Shown in pieces: positions 9,918 through 19,599 of a stretch of DNA of 32,000 bases (the stretch's first letter is position 1; the number at the start of each line of letters is the position of its first letter). The translations under genes and the position numbers were made by a program. The notes beneath the pieces were generated by a model. That model did not search any database, was not told where the DNA came from, and saw only the letters and a program-made list of their open reading frames with translations. Origin of the DNA: Mycobacterium tuberculosis H37Rv. Its GTDB lineage: Bacteria; Actinomycetota; Actinomycetes; Mycobacteriales; Mycobacteriaceae. The stretch covers positions 2,040,001 to 2,072,000 of the forward strand of contig NC_000962.3 of the NCBI RefSeq assembly GCF_000195955.2. Reading direction: 5' to 3'.

Positions 9918-11150
9918 ATGTTGGATTTCGGGGCGCTACCACCGGAGATTAATTCGGGGCGAATGTACGCGGGTCCGGGATCCGGACCGTTGCTGGCCGC
10001 CGCAGCGGCCTGGGATGCGCTAGCCGCCGAGTTGTACTCCGCGGCGGCGTCCTATGGCTCAACGATTGAGGGCCTCACCGTAGCACCGTGGATGGGTCCC
10101 TCCTCGATCACGATGGCCGCCGCGGTCGCTCCATATGTGGCGTGGATTAGCGTCACCGCCGGCCAGGCCGAACAGGCAGGGGCCCAGGCCAAGATCGCTG
10201 CGGGCGTTTATGAGACGGCATTTGCGGCAACGGTGCCGCCACCGGTAATCGAGGCCAACCGCGCTTTGTTAATGTCGCTGGTCGCCACGAACATCTTCGG
10301 GCAGAACACACCGGCGATCGCGGCCACCGAGGCCCACTACGCGGAGATGTGGGCGCAAGATGCGGCCGCGATGTATGGCTATGCCGGCTCGTCGGCCACT
10401 GCGTCGCAGTTGGCGCCGTTCAGCGAGCCGCCGCAAACGACCAATCCGTCGGCAACGGCCGCTCAATCAGCCGTCGTCGCCCAGGCCGCCGGCGCCGCGG
10501 CCAGCTCTGACATCACAGCGCAGCTGTCCCAGTTGATCAGCCTGCTACCCAGCACCTTGCAAAGCCTGGCGACAACAGCGACCGCGACGTCGGCCAGCGC
10601 TGGTTGGGACACCGTCCTGCAAAGCATCACCACTATCTTGGCGAACCTCACTGGGCCGTACAGCATCATCGGGCTGGGCGCTATACCTGGCGGCTGGTGG
10701 CTGACGTTCGGCCAGATCCTCGGCCTAGCCCAAAACGCCCCAGGTGTGGCCGCCCTACTGGGCCCGAAAGCCGCCGCCGGCGCGTTGTCGCCATTGGCGC
10801 CGCTACGGGGCGGGTATATCGGAGATATCACGCCTCTCGGTGGTGGGGCCACAGGGGGCATCGCCCGTGCGATCTACGTCGGGTCGCTCTCGGTCCCGCA
10901 GGGCTGGGCCGAGGCCGCACCGGTGATGAGGGCGGTCGCATCGGTATTGCCGGGCACCGGCGCCGCCCCCGCCCTGGCCGCCGAGGCACCAGGTGCCTTG
11001 TTCGGCGAGATGGCCCTGTCGAGTCTGGCCGGACGCGCGCTGGCAGGAACCGCGGTGCGCTCTGGTGCCGGAGCTGCTCGCGTCGCAGGCGGTTCCGTCA
11101 CCGAAGACGTCGCCAGCACGACCACCATCATCGTCATACCCGCGGACTGA
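9918..11150 (+). CDS. PPE32: PPE family protein PPE32
   Basis: 410-aa [33 protein letters not shown]. Confidence 0.94.
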
Positions 11151-11281
11151 CAGGACTTTCGAGATGGCACTTGAACTGGGTGTTAGCCCCCACCGGAGAG
11201 GAGAGAAGGACGGTGTCATCGCCACTGTGGCCGGTGGCTGGCGGCCAGCCAGTTAGCGGCCGGTTGAGGAAAGGTGTGGCA

Positions 11282-12688
11282 ATGGATTTCGGATTGCAGC
11301 CACCGGAGATCACCTCCGGGGAGATGTACCTAGGTCCGGGCGCCGGTCCGATGTTGGCTGCGGCAGTGGCCTGGGATGGGTTGGCGGCCGAATTGCAGTC
11401 CATGGCGGCCTCCTACGCCTCGATCGTCGAGGGCATGGCGAGTGAGTCATGGTTGGGTCCGTCGTCGGCCGGTATGGCCGCTGCGGCCGCACCATATGTG
11501 ACCTGGATGTCGGGTACCTCGGCACAGGCCAAGGCGGCCGCTGACCAGGCCAGAGCCGCGGTGGTCGCCTACGAAACCGCGTTCGCGGCGGTGGTGCCAC
11601 CGCCGCAGATTGCGGCCAACCGCAGCCAGCTCATATCGCTGGTGGCGACCAACATTTTCGGACAAAACACCGCCGCGATCGCAGCCACCGAAGCCGAATA
11701 CGGCGAAATGTGGGCCCAGGACACCATGGCGATGTTCGGCTATGCTAGCTCCTCGGCGACCGCCTCGCGGCTGACCCCGTTCACTGCACCGCCGCAGACC
11801 ACCAACCCGTCCGGACTTGCCGGCCAGGCGGCCGCAACGGGGCAAGCGACCGCCCTAGCGAGCGGCACCAATGCGGTGACAACCGCGCTTTCGAGTGCAG
11901 CGGCGCAGTTTCCGTTCGACATCATCCCGACCCTGCTGCAGGGCCTGGCCACACTCAGCACCCAATACACCCAACTCATGGGCCAACTCATTAACGCCAT
12001 CTTCGGGCCGACGGGCGCAACGACCTATCAGAACGTGTTTGTCACCGCAGCCAACGTCACCAAGTTCAGCACGTGGGCCAACGACGCCATGAGCGCGCCC
12101 AACCTGGGAATGACGGAGTTCAAGGTGTTCTGGCAACCCCCGCCGGCGCCCGAGATCCCCAAATCGTCGTTGGGTGCCGGACTTGGCCTGCGGTCAGGGC
12201 TTAGCGCGGGCCTGGCCCACGCCGCATCGGCGGGTCTGGGTCAGGCGAACCTGGTGGGAGACCTGTCGGTACCGCCCAGTTGGGCCTCAGCTACCCCGGC
12301 GGTCAGGCTAGTTGCCAACACATTGCCGGCCACCAGCCTGGCTGCGGCCCCCGCGACACAGATCCCAGCAAACCTGCTCGGTCAGATGGCTCTGGGGAGC
12401 ATGACCGGAGGTGCCCTCGGTGCCGCCGCCCCCGCCATCTACACGGGCAGTGGCGCCCGGGCCCGCGCCAATGGGGGAACGCCCAGCGCTGAGCCGGTCA
12501 AGCTGGAGGCTGTCATCGCGCAGCTACAAAAGCAACCGGACGCAGTGCGACACTGGAATGTCGATAAGGCCGATCTTGATGGCCTGCTGGATCGATTGTC
12601 GAAACAGCCCGGCATCCACGCGGTACACGTGTCGAACGGCGACAAACCCAAGGTTGCCTTGCCCGATACTCAGTTGGGTTCACACTGA
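11282..12688 (+). CDS. PPE33: PPE family protein PPE33 with C-terminal extension
   Basis: ATG at 11282 ([20 protein letters not shown]) gives 468 aa; GDLSVPPSW motif. The longer ORF start at 10604 lies inside PPE32. Confidence 0.94.
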   Translation: MDFGLQPPEITSGEMYLGPGAGPMLAAAVAWDGLAAELQSMAASYASIVEGMASESWLGPSSAGMAAAAAPYVTWMSGTSAQAKAAADQARAAVVAYETAFAAVVPPPQIAANRSQLISLVATNIFGQNTAAIAATEAEYGEMWAQDTMAMFGYASSSATASRLTPFTAPPQTTNPSGLAGQAAATGQATALASGTNAVTTALSSAAAQFPFDIIPTLLQGLATLSTQYTQLMGQLINAIFGPTGATTYQNVFVTAANVTKFSTWANDAMSAPNLGMTEFKVFWQPPPAPEIPKSSLGAGLGLRSGLSAGLAHAASAGLGQANLVGDLSVPPSWASATPAVRLVANTLPATSLAAAPATQIPANLLGQMALGSMTGGALGAAAPAIYTGSGARARANGGTPSAEPVKLEAVIAQLQKQPDAVRHWNVDKADLDGLLDRLSKQPGIHAVHVSNGDKPKVALPDTQLGSH

Positions 12689-12932
12689 ACGTGATTCGAA
12701 ATCCACACTGATACTGGAGGTGATTACCGGCTGAAGCAAAGCGCATTGGAAATCCAGGCTTAGACCATTGCCATGTGGCCGTGAGATTCGTCACGTCTTG
12801 ACATCCGCGTCCGGCGGGTCACCTTCGACCGCGGTCAATGTCATTGGTAGGTAAGGGCTTTGCTGTACTGATGGCCGAATTTTGACTCGAAAAGTATGTC
12901 GGGCCCTCGCAGCAGATCTGCCGCAGGACGCG

Positions 12933-13289
12933 ATGCAATTACAACGCACGATGGGACAATGCAGACCTATGAGAATGCTAGTAGCGCTCCTGCTGAGCGC
13001 CGCCACCATGATCGGCCTAGCCGCACCCGGGAAAGCCGATCCAACAGGCGACGATGCCGCCTTCCTTGCCGCGTTGGACCAGGCCGGCATCACCTACGCT
13101 GACCCAGGCCACGCCATAACGGCCGCCAAGGCGATGTGTGGGCTGTGTGCTAACGGCGTAACAGGTCTACAGCTGGTCGCGGACCTGCGGGACTACAATC
13201 CCGGGCTGACCATGGACAGCGCGGCCAAGTTCGCTGCCATCGCATCAGGCGCGTACTGCCCCGAACACCTGGAACATCACCCGAGTTAG
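12933..13289 (+). CDS. DUF732 secreted protein (Rv1810-like)
   Basis: 118 aa; signal peptide MRMLVALLLSAATMIGLAAPGKA; DUF732-like TGDDAAFLAALDQAGITY...KFAAIASGAYCP. Confidence 0.88.
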   Translation: MQLQRTMGQCRPMRMLVALLLSAATMIGLAAPGKADPTGDDAAFLAALDQAGITYADPGHAITAAKAMCGLCANGVTGLQLVADLRDYNPGLTMDSAAKFAAIASGAYCPEHLEHHPS

Positions 13290-13442
13290 CGGGGCGCATT
13301 TCCTGATCACCGCGGTGGTGCGCGGTGGTGTGGTGCGTCCGAGGGGGTTGCGATGCACCCGGTTCGCCTAGGCTCAAACTGCTGTTAACCTGCGCGTGGT
13401 TGGCTGCCGTGGCCGTCTTGCGATCGGGAAGGACTCGGCGTC

Positions 13443-14147
13443 ATGCAAACGCTGACTGTCGCCGATTTCGCTCTCCGGCTGGCCGTCGGAGTGGGTTGCG
13501 GGGCCATTATCGGGCTCGAGCGCCAGTGGCGGGCGCGGATGGCTGGGTTGCGCACCAACGCTCTGGTGGCGACCGGTGCTACCTTGTTCGTGCTGTACGC
13601 GGTCGCCACCGAGGACAGCAGCCCCACCCGAGTGGCGTCCTACGTGGTTTCTGGAATTGGATTCCTGGGCGGCGGGGTCATCCTGCGGGAGGGGTTCAAC
13701 GTCCGCGGTCTGAACACGGCTGCCACGCTTTGGTGCTCGGCCGCGGTCGGAGTGCTGGCCGCCTCCGGGCATCTGGTGTTCACCCTGATTGGCACCGGAA
13801 CCATCGTCGCTGTCCATCTCCTGGGGCGCCCACTTGGCCGGCTGGTCGACCGCGACAACGCCGTCGAAGACGAAGGGCTGCAGCCCTACCAGGTACGGGT
13901 GATTTGTCGGCCCAAAGCAGAGACCTATGTACGTGCCCATATCGTGCAGCGCACCAGCAGCAACGACATCACGCTGCGGGGTATACGCACGGGGCCGGCC
14001 GGAGACGACAACATCACGTTGACGGCCCACCTATTGATGGTTGGCCATACCCCGGCCAAGCTAGAGCGGTTGGTGGCGGAACTGTCGCTGCAGCCGGGCG
14101 TTTACGCTGTGCACTGGTATGCCGGTGAGCACGCGCAGGCCGAATGA
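13443..14147 (+). CDS. mgtC: MgtC family protein
   Basis: 234 aa; MgtC/SapB hallmarks GCGAIIGLERQWRARMAGLRTNALVATGA...VVSGIGFLGGGVILREG. Confidence 0.97.
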   Translation: MQTLTVADFALRLAVGVGCGAIIGLERQWRARMAGLRTNALVATGATLFVLYAVATEDSSPTRVASYVVSGIGFLGGGVILREGFNVRGLNTAATLWCSAAVGVLAASGHLVFTLIGTGTIVAVHLLGRPLGRLVDRDNAVEDEGLQPYQVRVICRPKAETYVRAHIVQRTSSNDITLRGIRTGPAGDDNITLTAHLLMVGHTPAKLERLVAELSLQPGVYAVHWYAGEHAQAE

Positions 14148-14156
14148 CCCACGACA

Positions 14157-15359
14157 CTAGGGGCGGGGCTGTACTCGCGGCGCGGCCGCAGCCAGCAAGT
14201 CTGCCCGACTGCCGTTCAGCGGCGGGTAGATCCGCCGGGTATTGATTGACTGCTTGGTGGTCTTGGCCGGTGCGCCCTGCGATACCACTTTGCGTTCCCA
14301 TCCCTCGGTGTACACCGCGCCCGCCGATCCTAGATCGAGAACCGTGACATACCAAGGGATCCGAAGAGCCAGCAACGGTTGGTCGAACAGATCGTTGATG
14401 ACGTTGCAGCCGGCATAGCGGCCCATCGGGCGCCCATGCTGACACGACATGACCGACAGGTGCTCGTCATCCATCCGGGCCGCGGCCACATCGCCAGCAG
14501 CAAACATCGCAGGCACCCCGATCACCCGCAGGTAGTCGTCGACTTGCAGGCGTCCCAGCCGATCACGGGCTACCGGCAGCTGCTCGGTCAGGCGGCTGGC
14601 CCGCATGCCGGCGCACCACACCACGGTGGCCGCTGCCAGCCGTTCCCCCGATGACAGCGTTACACCGCCCGGGCTGACGGCGGCAACGCTCACGCCGGTT
14701 CTGGTCTCGACGCCGTTGTCCAACAGCGCCTGTTCGATCACCGGCCGCGCCGATAAACCCATATCGGAGCCGACGAAGGGGTTGTGGTCGATGAGTACCA
14801 CGCGGGGGGTGACACCATCACCACGGGCGAACAACGCGTGCAGTCGGCCCGGCAACTCGCAGGCCGTCTCGATACCGGTCAGCCCGGCACCGACGACCAC
14901 GACGGTTGCCGCCGCCGATGTCAGCGGCCCGCCGGCCAGTCCTTGCAGATGCTGCTGTAGCCTGACCGCGCCGTCGTACGTGTCGACATCAAAACCGAAC
15001 TCTGCCAGTCCTGGCAACGCGGGTTTGACCACGTGACTGCCCGACGCGAGGACCAGTCGGTCATAGCTATATGAGGCACCGGTCGACGTGGTGACGCGGC
15101 GGCCGTCGGCGTCGATCGCGGTCACCTCGGCGGTGACATGCGCAACGCCGGCAGGGCCGAGCACGTCGCCGAGCGGGATGCGGCAGGCGCTCAGATCAGC
15201 CTCATAGTTGCGAACCCGGATATCATGAAACGGTTTGTTGCTCACCACCATGACGTCGACCGTGCCCGCTAGGACGGCGAGCTCGTCGAGTCGTCGGGCC
15301 GCACCGAGCGCCGCCCACAGGCCCGCGAACCCGGAGCCGATCACCACCACCCGGGTCAA
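14157..15359 (-). CDS. NAD(P)/FAD-dependent oxidoreductase, NDH-2-like (Rv1812c-like)
   Basis: 400 aa; two Rossmann motifs (VVIGSGFAGLWAALGAA and VVVGAGLTGIETACEL); VFAAGDVAA FAD motif. Confidence 0.92.
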   Translation of the reverse strand: MTRVVVIGSGFAGLWAALGAARRLDELAVLAGTVDVMVVSNKPFHDIRVRNYEADLSACRIPLGDVLGPAGVAHVTAEVTAIDADGRRVTTSTGASYSYDRLVLASGSHVVKPALPGLAEFGFDVDTYDGAVRLQQHLQGLAGGPLTSAAATVVVVGAGLTGIETACELPGRLHALFARGDGVTPRVVLIDHNPFVGSDMGLSARPVIEQALLDNGVETRTGVSVAAVSPGGVTLSSGERLAAATVVWCAGMRASRLTEQLPVARDRLGRLQVDDYLRVIGVPAMFAAGDVAAARMDDEHLSVMSCQHGRPMGRYAGCNVINDLFDQPLLALRIPWYVTVLDLGSAGAVYTEGWERKVVSQGAPAKTTKQSINTRRIYPPLNGSRADLLAAAAPRVQPRP

Positions 15360-15680
15360 CGGCTAAACACCTGACGACTCTGGGGTATCGCCGCCGCCGC
15401 GTGGCGACCGGGCAGGAACATCCACACGTGCCAACCTCCTTCGAGCCCGGGCCATCCGATAACCCCGTTAGCCGTCGCGAGCTTACAGAAGGTGCAGGCA
15501 TCGGGATTGAGTGCATCATGGGATACCGGTGAATACCGTCAGCCGGGGCAGCCAGGGTAGGGGACACCCCCCGCTCGGGCTGCCAGCGGAGTATCGAGCG
15601 GATCGCCATCGGCGTAGCAGATACCGGGTCAGAGCAGCGTACGCTGGCACATTCGGCTTCGGCTCGCTGGTTAGCGATTG

Positions 15681-16112
15681 TTAGTTGCACGCCCAGTTGA
15701 CGATCCGCCCGCCTTCGAGTCGGTTCACGGCGTCGTCTTCTGCCGCGCGGCGCGTGAGTCCGGTTCCGCCTTGGTATTTCGAGCCGTTGTAGGCGACCGC
15801 GCCGCACCTGGTGAAGCGACTAACCACTTTGCAAGTCTTGTCACCGCACTTTTCTAGTGCGACTTGCTCTGCTCGCGCCGGTGTGCGCTGGTGCCACGCT
15901 TTGCCCGACGCGCCGCTGGGGGCATAGGCAATCGCCCCGTAATGGATAATCGGAGGGATAGGCAACCCGGCAATTTCCGACATCATGACTTCCGACATCG
16001 AACCGTTGGCGAGATGGGCGTCCACCGTCGGAACCAGCAGGATGCCCAGCCCGAGAGCAGCCCCTAGGCCGGCGGCTGCCATCGCGGTTCGGCGTCGGAG
16101 GTTTGTGATCAT
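15681..16112 (-). CDS. Secreted DUF4189-like protein (Rv1813c-like)
   Basis: 143 aa; signal-like N-terminus; Cys-rich ...VALEKCGDKTCKVVSRFTRCGAVAYN...AAEDDAVNRLEGGRIVNWACN. Confidence 0.9.
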   Translation of the reverse strand: MITNLRRRTAMAAAGLGAALGLGILLVPTVDAHLANGSMSEVMMSEIAGLPIPPIIHYGAIAYAPSGASGKAWHQRTPARAEQVALEKCGDKTCKVVSRFTRCGAVAYNGSKYQGGTGLTRRAAEDDAVNRLEGGRIVNWACN

Positions 16113-16364
16113 GTCCTGCCCCCTTTCTGCGGTCGGTAATCCAGCGGTTTGAAAGGGTTGAGCCGACTTACGCGCAGTGGATGCGTCGAAGGGTCAATGA
16201 GGCTGGGTACTGAGACGGCCACGGTTGGAAGCCCGGCGCCCTGGCCGATGATCGATCAGGTCATCGCTGTATGGAGGCTGCCCACCCACGGTGCTCGGTT
16301 CGGTCCGGGATTCTGGCGCTTGTGTGTCATGTGCCCAAGTGTGCGATAAATATACCTGACCCGG

Positions 16365-16384
16365 GTAGGGCATAAAGTCTCTAA
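16365..16384. promoter_or_regulatory. Candidate DosR (dormancy) box
   Basis: GTAGGGCATAAAGTCTCTAA matches 14 of 20 positions of TTSGGGACTWWAGTCCCSAA; located in the Rv1813c/erg3 divergent intergenic region. Confidence 0.5.
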
Positions 16385-16520
16385 CAGCACCGACCGGATA
16401 GGGAACAACGGCCTTCGGGCAAGCGGCTTCACTGTCAAGTCGTCACCTGTCACGCATGCGAGTCGTAGCCTGTCTGATGTGGATGCCGTCGCCGGATTCT
16501 TCTCAGCGCTGCCCGAGGAA

Positions 16521-17423
16521 ATGCGGGACCCGGTACTGTTCGCCATTCCATGTTTTCTATTGCTGCTGATTCTCGAATGGACGGCGGCCCGCAAGCTGGA
16601 AAGCATCGAGACCGCTGCTACCGGGCAGCCACGGCCCGCCTCGGGCGCTTACCTCACCCGCGACTCGGTGGCCAGCATCTCGATGGGGCTGGTTTCGATA
16701 GCCACCACCGCCGGCTGGAAGTCCCTTGCCCTGCTCGGTTATGCCGCAATCTATGCCTACCTTGCCCCCTGGCAGCTGTCCGCCCACCGGTGGTACACCT
16801 GGGTGATCGCGATCGTTGGTGTCGATCTGCTGTACTACTCCTATCACCGCATCGCCCACCGAGTTCGGCTGATCTGGGCTACCCACCAGGCGCATCACTC
16901 CAGCGAATACTTCAACTTCGCCACCGCGCTGCGCCAGAAGTGGAACAACAGCGGCGAGATTCTCATGTGGGTTCCGCTGCCACTGATGGGGCTTCCCCCT
17001 TGGATGGTGTTCTGCAGTTGGTCGCTGAACTTGATCTACCAGTTCTGGGTGCACACCGAGCGGATCGACAGGCTGCCGCGGTGGTTCGAATTCGTCTTCA
17101 ATACCCCGTCGCACCACCGGGTCCACCACGGAATGGACCCGGTGTATCTGGACAAGAACTATGGCGGCATCCTCATCATCTGGGACCGCCTGTTCGGTAG
17201 CTTTCAGCCGGAGCTATTCCGACCGCATTATGGCCTGACCAAGCGGGTCGACACGTTCAACATCTGGAAGCTGCAGACCCGCGAGTACGTGGCGATCGTG
17301 CGTGACTGGCGGTCGGCAACACGTCTGCGGGATCGGCTGGGCTACGTCTTCGGACCGCCGGGCTGGGAACCGCGCACCATCGATAAATCCAATGCCGCCG
17401 CCTCCCTGGTCACGTCTCGGTAA
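16521..17423 (+). CDS. erg3: Membrane-bound sterol desaturase-like / fatty acid hydroxylase superfamily protein (erg3)
   Basis: 300 aa from internal ATG. Histidine boxes SYHRIAHR, HQAHHSSE and HRVHHG; hydrophobic segments. Confidence 0.9.
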   Translation: MRDPVLFAIPCFLLLLILEWTAARKLESIETAATGQPRPASGAYLTRDSVASISMGLVSIATTAGWKSLALLGYAAIYAYLAPWQLSAHRWYTWVIAIVGVDLLYYSYHRIAHRVRLIWATHQAHHSSEYFNFATALRQKWNNSGEILMWVPLPLMGLPPWMVFCSWSLNLIYQFWVHTERIDRLPRWFEFVFNTPSHHRVHHGMDPVYLDKNYGGILIIWDRLFGSFQPELFRPHYGLTKRVDTFNIWKLQTREYVAIVRDWRSATRLRDRLGYVFGPPGWEPRTIDKSNAAASLVTSR

Positions 17424-17527
17424 CGTCGCGACCCGACATTGCGAAAGTATTACCGTCGGGTTTTGGTACGCCTTAGCCGTAACCGGCGGCGGGCGATGCG
17501 CTTGGCCCCGACGGATGGGAGTTCAAG

Positions 17528-18193
17528 GTGGTCCGCCTGGTACCACGCGCATTCGCAGCGACGGTCGCCCTATTGGCGGCCGGGTTTTCGCCGGCGACCG
17601 CCAGTGCCGATCCGGTCTTGGTGTTCCCCGGCATGGAAATCCGTCAGGACAACCACGTCTGCACCCTGGGCTACGTCGACCCAGCTCTGAAAATCGCGTT
17701 TACCGCGGGGCATTGTCGGGGCGGGGGAGCGGTCACCAGCCGGGACTACAAGGTTATCGGCCATCTCAGGGCCATCCGGGACAACACACCCAGCGGCTCC
17801 ACCGTGGCCACGCACGAGTTGATCGCCGACTACGAGGCGATTGTGCTGGCTGACGACGTCACGGCAAGCAACATTTTGCCGAGCGGGCGTGCACTGGAAT
17901 CCAGACCGGGTGTGGTTCTTCACCCGGGCCAAGCGGTCTGCCATTTCGGCGTCAGCACAGGCGAAACCTGTGGGACCGTCGAAAGCGTCAACAACGGCTG
18001 GTTCACCATGTCCCACGGCGTGCTCAGTGAGAAGGGGGATTCGGGGGGCCCGGTCTACCTGGCCCCCGATGGCGGCCCCGCGCAGATCGTCGGGATCTTC
18101 AACAGCGTCTGGGGCGGCTTTCCCGCGGCGGTGTCCTGGCGGTCGACGTCCGAGCAGGTTCACGCGGATCTCGGCGTGACGCCCCTTGCTTAG
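17528..18193 (+). CDS. Secreted trypsin/chymotrypsin-like (S1) serine protease family protein (Rv1815-like)
   Basis: 221 aa; signal peptide; TAGHC (His motif) and [10 protein letters not shown] (Ser motif). Confidence 0.88.
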   Translation: MVRLVPRAFAATVALLAAGFSPATASADPVLVFPGMEIRQDNHVCTLGYVDPALKIAFTAGHCRGGGAVTSRDYKVIGHLRAIRDNTPSGSTVATHELIADYEAIVLADDVTASNILPSGRALESRPGVVLHPGQAVCHFGVSTGETCGTVESVNNGWFTMSHGVLSEKGDSGGPVYLAPDGGPAQIVGIFNSVWGGFPAAVSWRSTSEQVHADLGVTPLA

Positions 18194-18255
18194 CAAGCAC
18201 CCCGTTAGCGGCCACCAGGTTGATCGCCGTGTGTTTGCTAGAGCGGTGATCTCGG

Positions 18256-18960
18256 TTGTGTCAGACTTGCCGCGTGGGCAAACGCCGGGATGCGAGGGAA
18301 CAGATCGAGGCGAAAATTGTCGAACTCGGCCGTCGCCAGCTGCTGGATCACGGCGCGGCCGGGTTGTCGCTTCGGGCAATTGCCCGCAACCTGGGCATGG
18401 TGTCCTCGGCCGTATACCGCTATGTGTCCAGTCGTGATGAGCTGTTGACTTTGCTGCTCGTCGACGCCTACTCCGACCTGGCCGATACCGTGGACCGAGC
18501 CCGCGACGACACCGTCGCCGACTCGTGGAGTGACGACGTCATCGCAATCGCTCGAGCGGTGCGCGGTTGGGCAGTCACTAACCCCGCCCGCTGGGCCTTG
18601 CTATACGGTAGCCCGGTTCCTGGTTATCACGCGCCGCCTGACCGTACCGCGGGCGTCGCCACCCGCGTGGTCGGAGCGTTCTTCGACGCGATCGCCGCGG
18701 GAATCGCCACCGGAGACATCAGGTTAACCGATGACGTTGCGCCGCAGCCGATGTCATCGGACTTCGAAAAGATCCGGCAGGAGTTCGGCTTTCCCGGCGA
18801 CGATCGTGTCGTCACAAAGTGCTTTCTGCTCTGGGCGGGCGTGGTGGGCGCGATCAGCCTGGAGGTATTCGGTCAGTACGGGGCCGACATGCTAACCGAT
18901 CCAGGAGTGGTTTTCGATGCCCAGACACGGCTGCTGGTGGCCGTGCTGGCCGAGCATTGA
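18256..18960 (+). CDS. TetR family transcriptional regulator (Rv1816-like)
   Basis: 234 aa, TTG start; N-terminal HTH REQIEAKIVELGRRQLLDHGAAGLSLRAIARNLGMVSSAVYRYVSSRDELL. Confidence 0.93.
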   Translation: MCQTCRVGKRRDAREQIEAKIVELGRRQLLDHGAAGLSLRAIARNLGMVSSAVYRYVSSRDELLTLLLVDAYSDLADTVDRARDDTVADSWSDDVIAIARAVRGWAVTNPARWALLYGSPVPGYHAPPDRTAGVATRVVGAFFDAIAAGIATGDIRLTDDVAPQPMSSDFEKIRQEFGFPGDDRVVTKCFLLWAGVVGAISLEVFGQYGADMLTDPGVVFDAQTRLLVAVLAEH

Positions 18961-19430
18961 AGCTGCTGCAATCGGCGTGTCCAGCCGGAATTAGAACGTG
19001 TTCACTCAAGGCTACCAGTGCTGACACTTGCGGTGGTGGCAAATGCAATCTGAGCCCTTTCTGGCCTCTGGCAAGCTGGGCTGTCCTGCGAGACGCTCAT
19101 CCTTCTCGTTCTGTCGCTGATACAGATCGCAGGGGTTACCCCCGGACCTAGAAGCCGCCGAAACGGCTCTCACCGGCTTGTTAGGCGTCCGGAAGCGGAT
19201 TCGGATGCGCGATGTCCGCTTTGCGCACGACACCTGTAGCAGTCTGGGCAAGCCCGCGATGTCGTCGCGAGTATCTCGTTGAGCTATCTCGGAGAGATGC
19301 CCTTCGAGTTAGTATCGTCGGTTCGTGTAGAGAATATCTATAGTGACTTTTGCGGGACTGTGGGCCGGGTCTACACCAGGGGCTCGAAGCCGCATTGGCC
19401 GAAGCAAGCGGAGGTGCAAGTGCCGACATG

Positions 19431-19599
19431 AGCGGCGCCAATGAGCCGCGCCGGCGACGATGCAGTGGGGGTACCGCCCGCTTGCGGGGGACGAAGCGAT
19501 GACGAGGAGCGGCGCCAATGAGCCGCGCCGGCGACGATGCAGTGGGGGTACCGCCCGCTTGCGGGGGACGAAGCGATGACGAGGAGCGGCGCCAATGAG
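19431..19599 (+). repeat. MIRU (VNTR, MIRU20 position): two full 77-bp copies plus a 15-bp partial third
   Basis: AGCGGCGCCAATGAG... repeats start at 19431, 19508 and 19585 (period 77). Full copies are 19431-19507 and 19508-19584, identical by eye. Confidence 0.95.

Noticed and set aside
10604-11281. N-terminal extension of the PPE33 ORF (694 aa)
   Set aside because: Overlaps PPE32 out of frame. The canonical PPE start [13 protein letters not shown] at 11282 fits the family.
13311-13330. Tandem CGCGGTGGTG x2 upstream of mgtC
   Set aside because: Short low-complexity 10-bp duplication; likely chance in high-GC DNA.
19351-19370. DosR-like half site TGCGGGACTGTGGGCCGGGT upstream of the MIRU
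   Set aside because: Only the left half matches well (about 13 of 20), and the flanking gene is not a DosR-regulon member to my knowledge.
19371-19595. Minus-strand 74-aa and 153/217-aa ORFs across the MIRU
   Set aside because: Repetitive translation products created by the tandem repeat; no independent support.
19431-19599. Possible CRISPR array
   Set aside because: Repeats are contiguous with no spacers (period equals unit length, 77 bp); this is a MIRU VNTR. No other spaced repeat array and no cas genes were seen.
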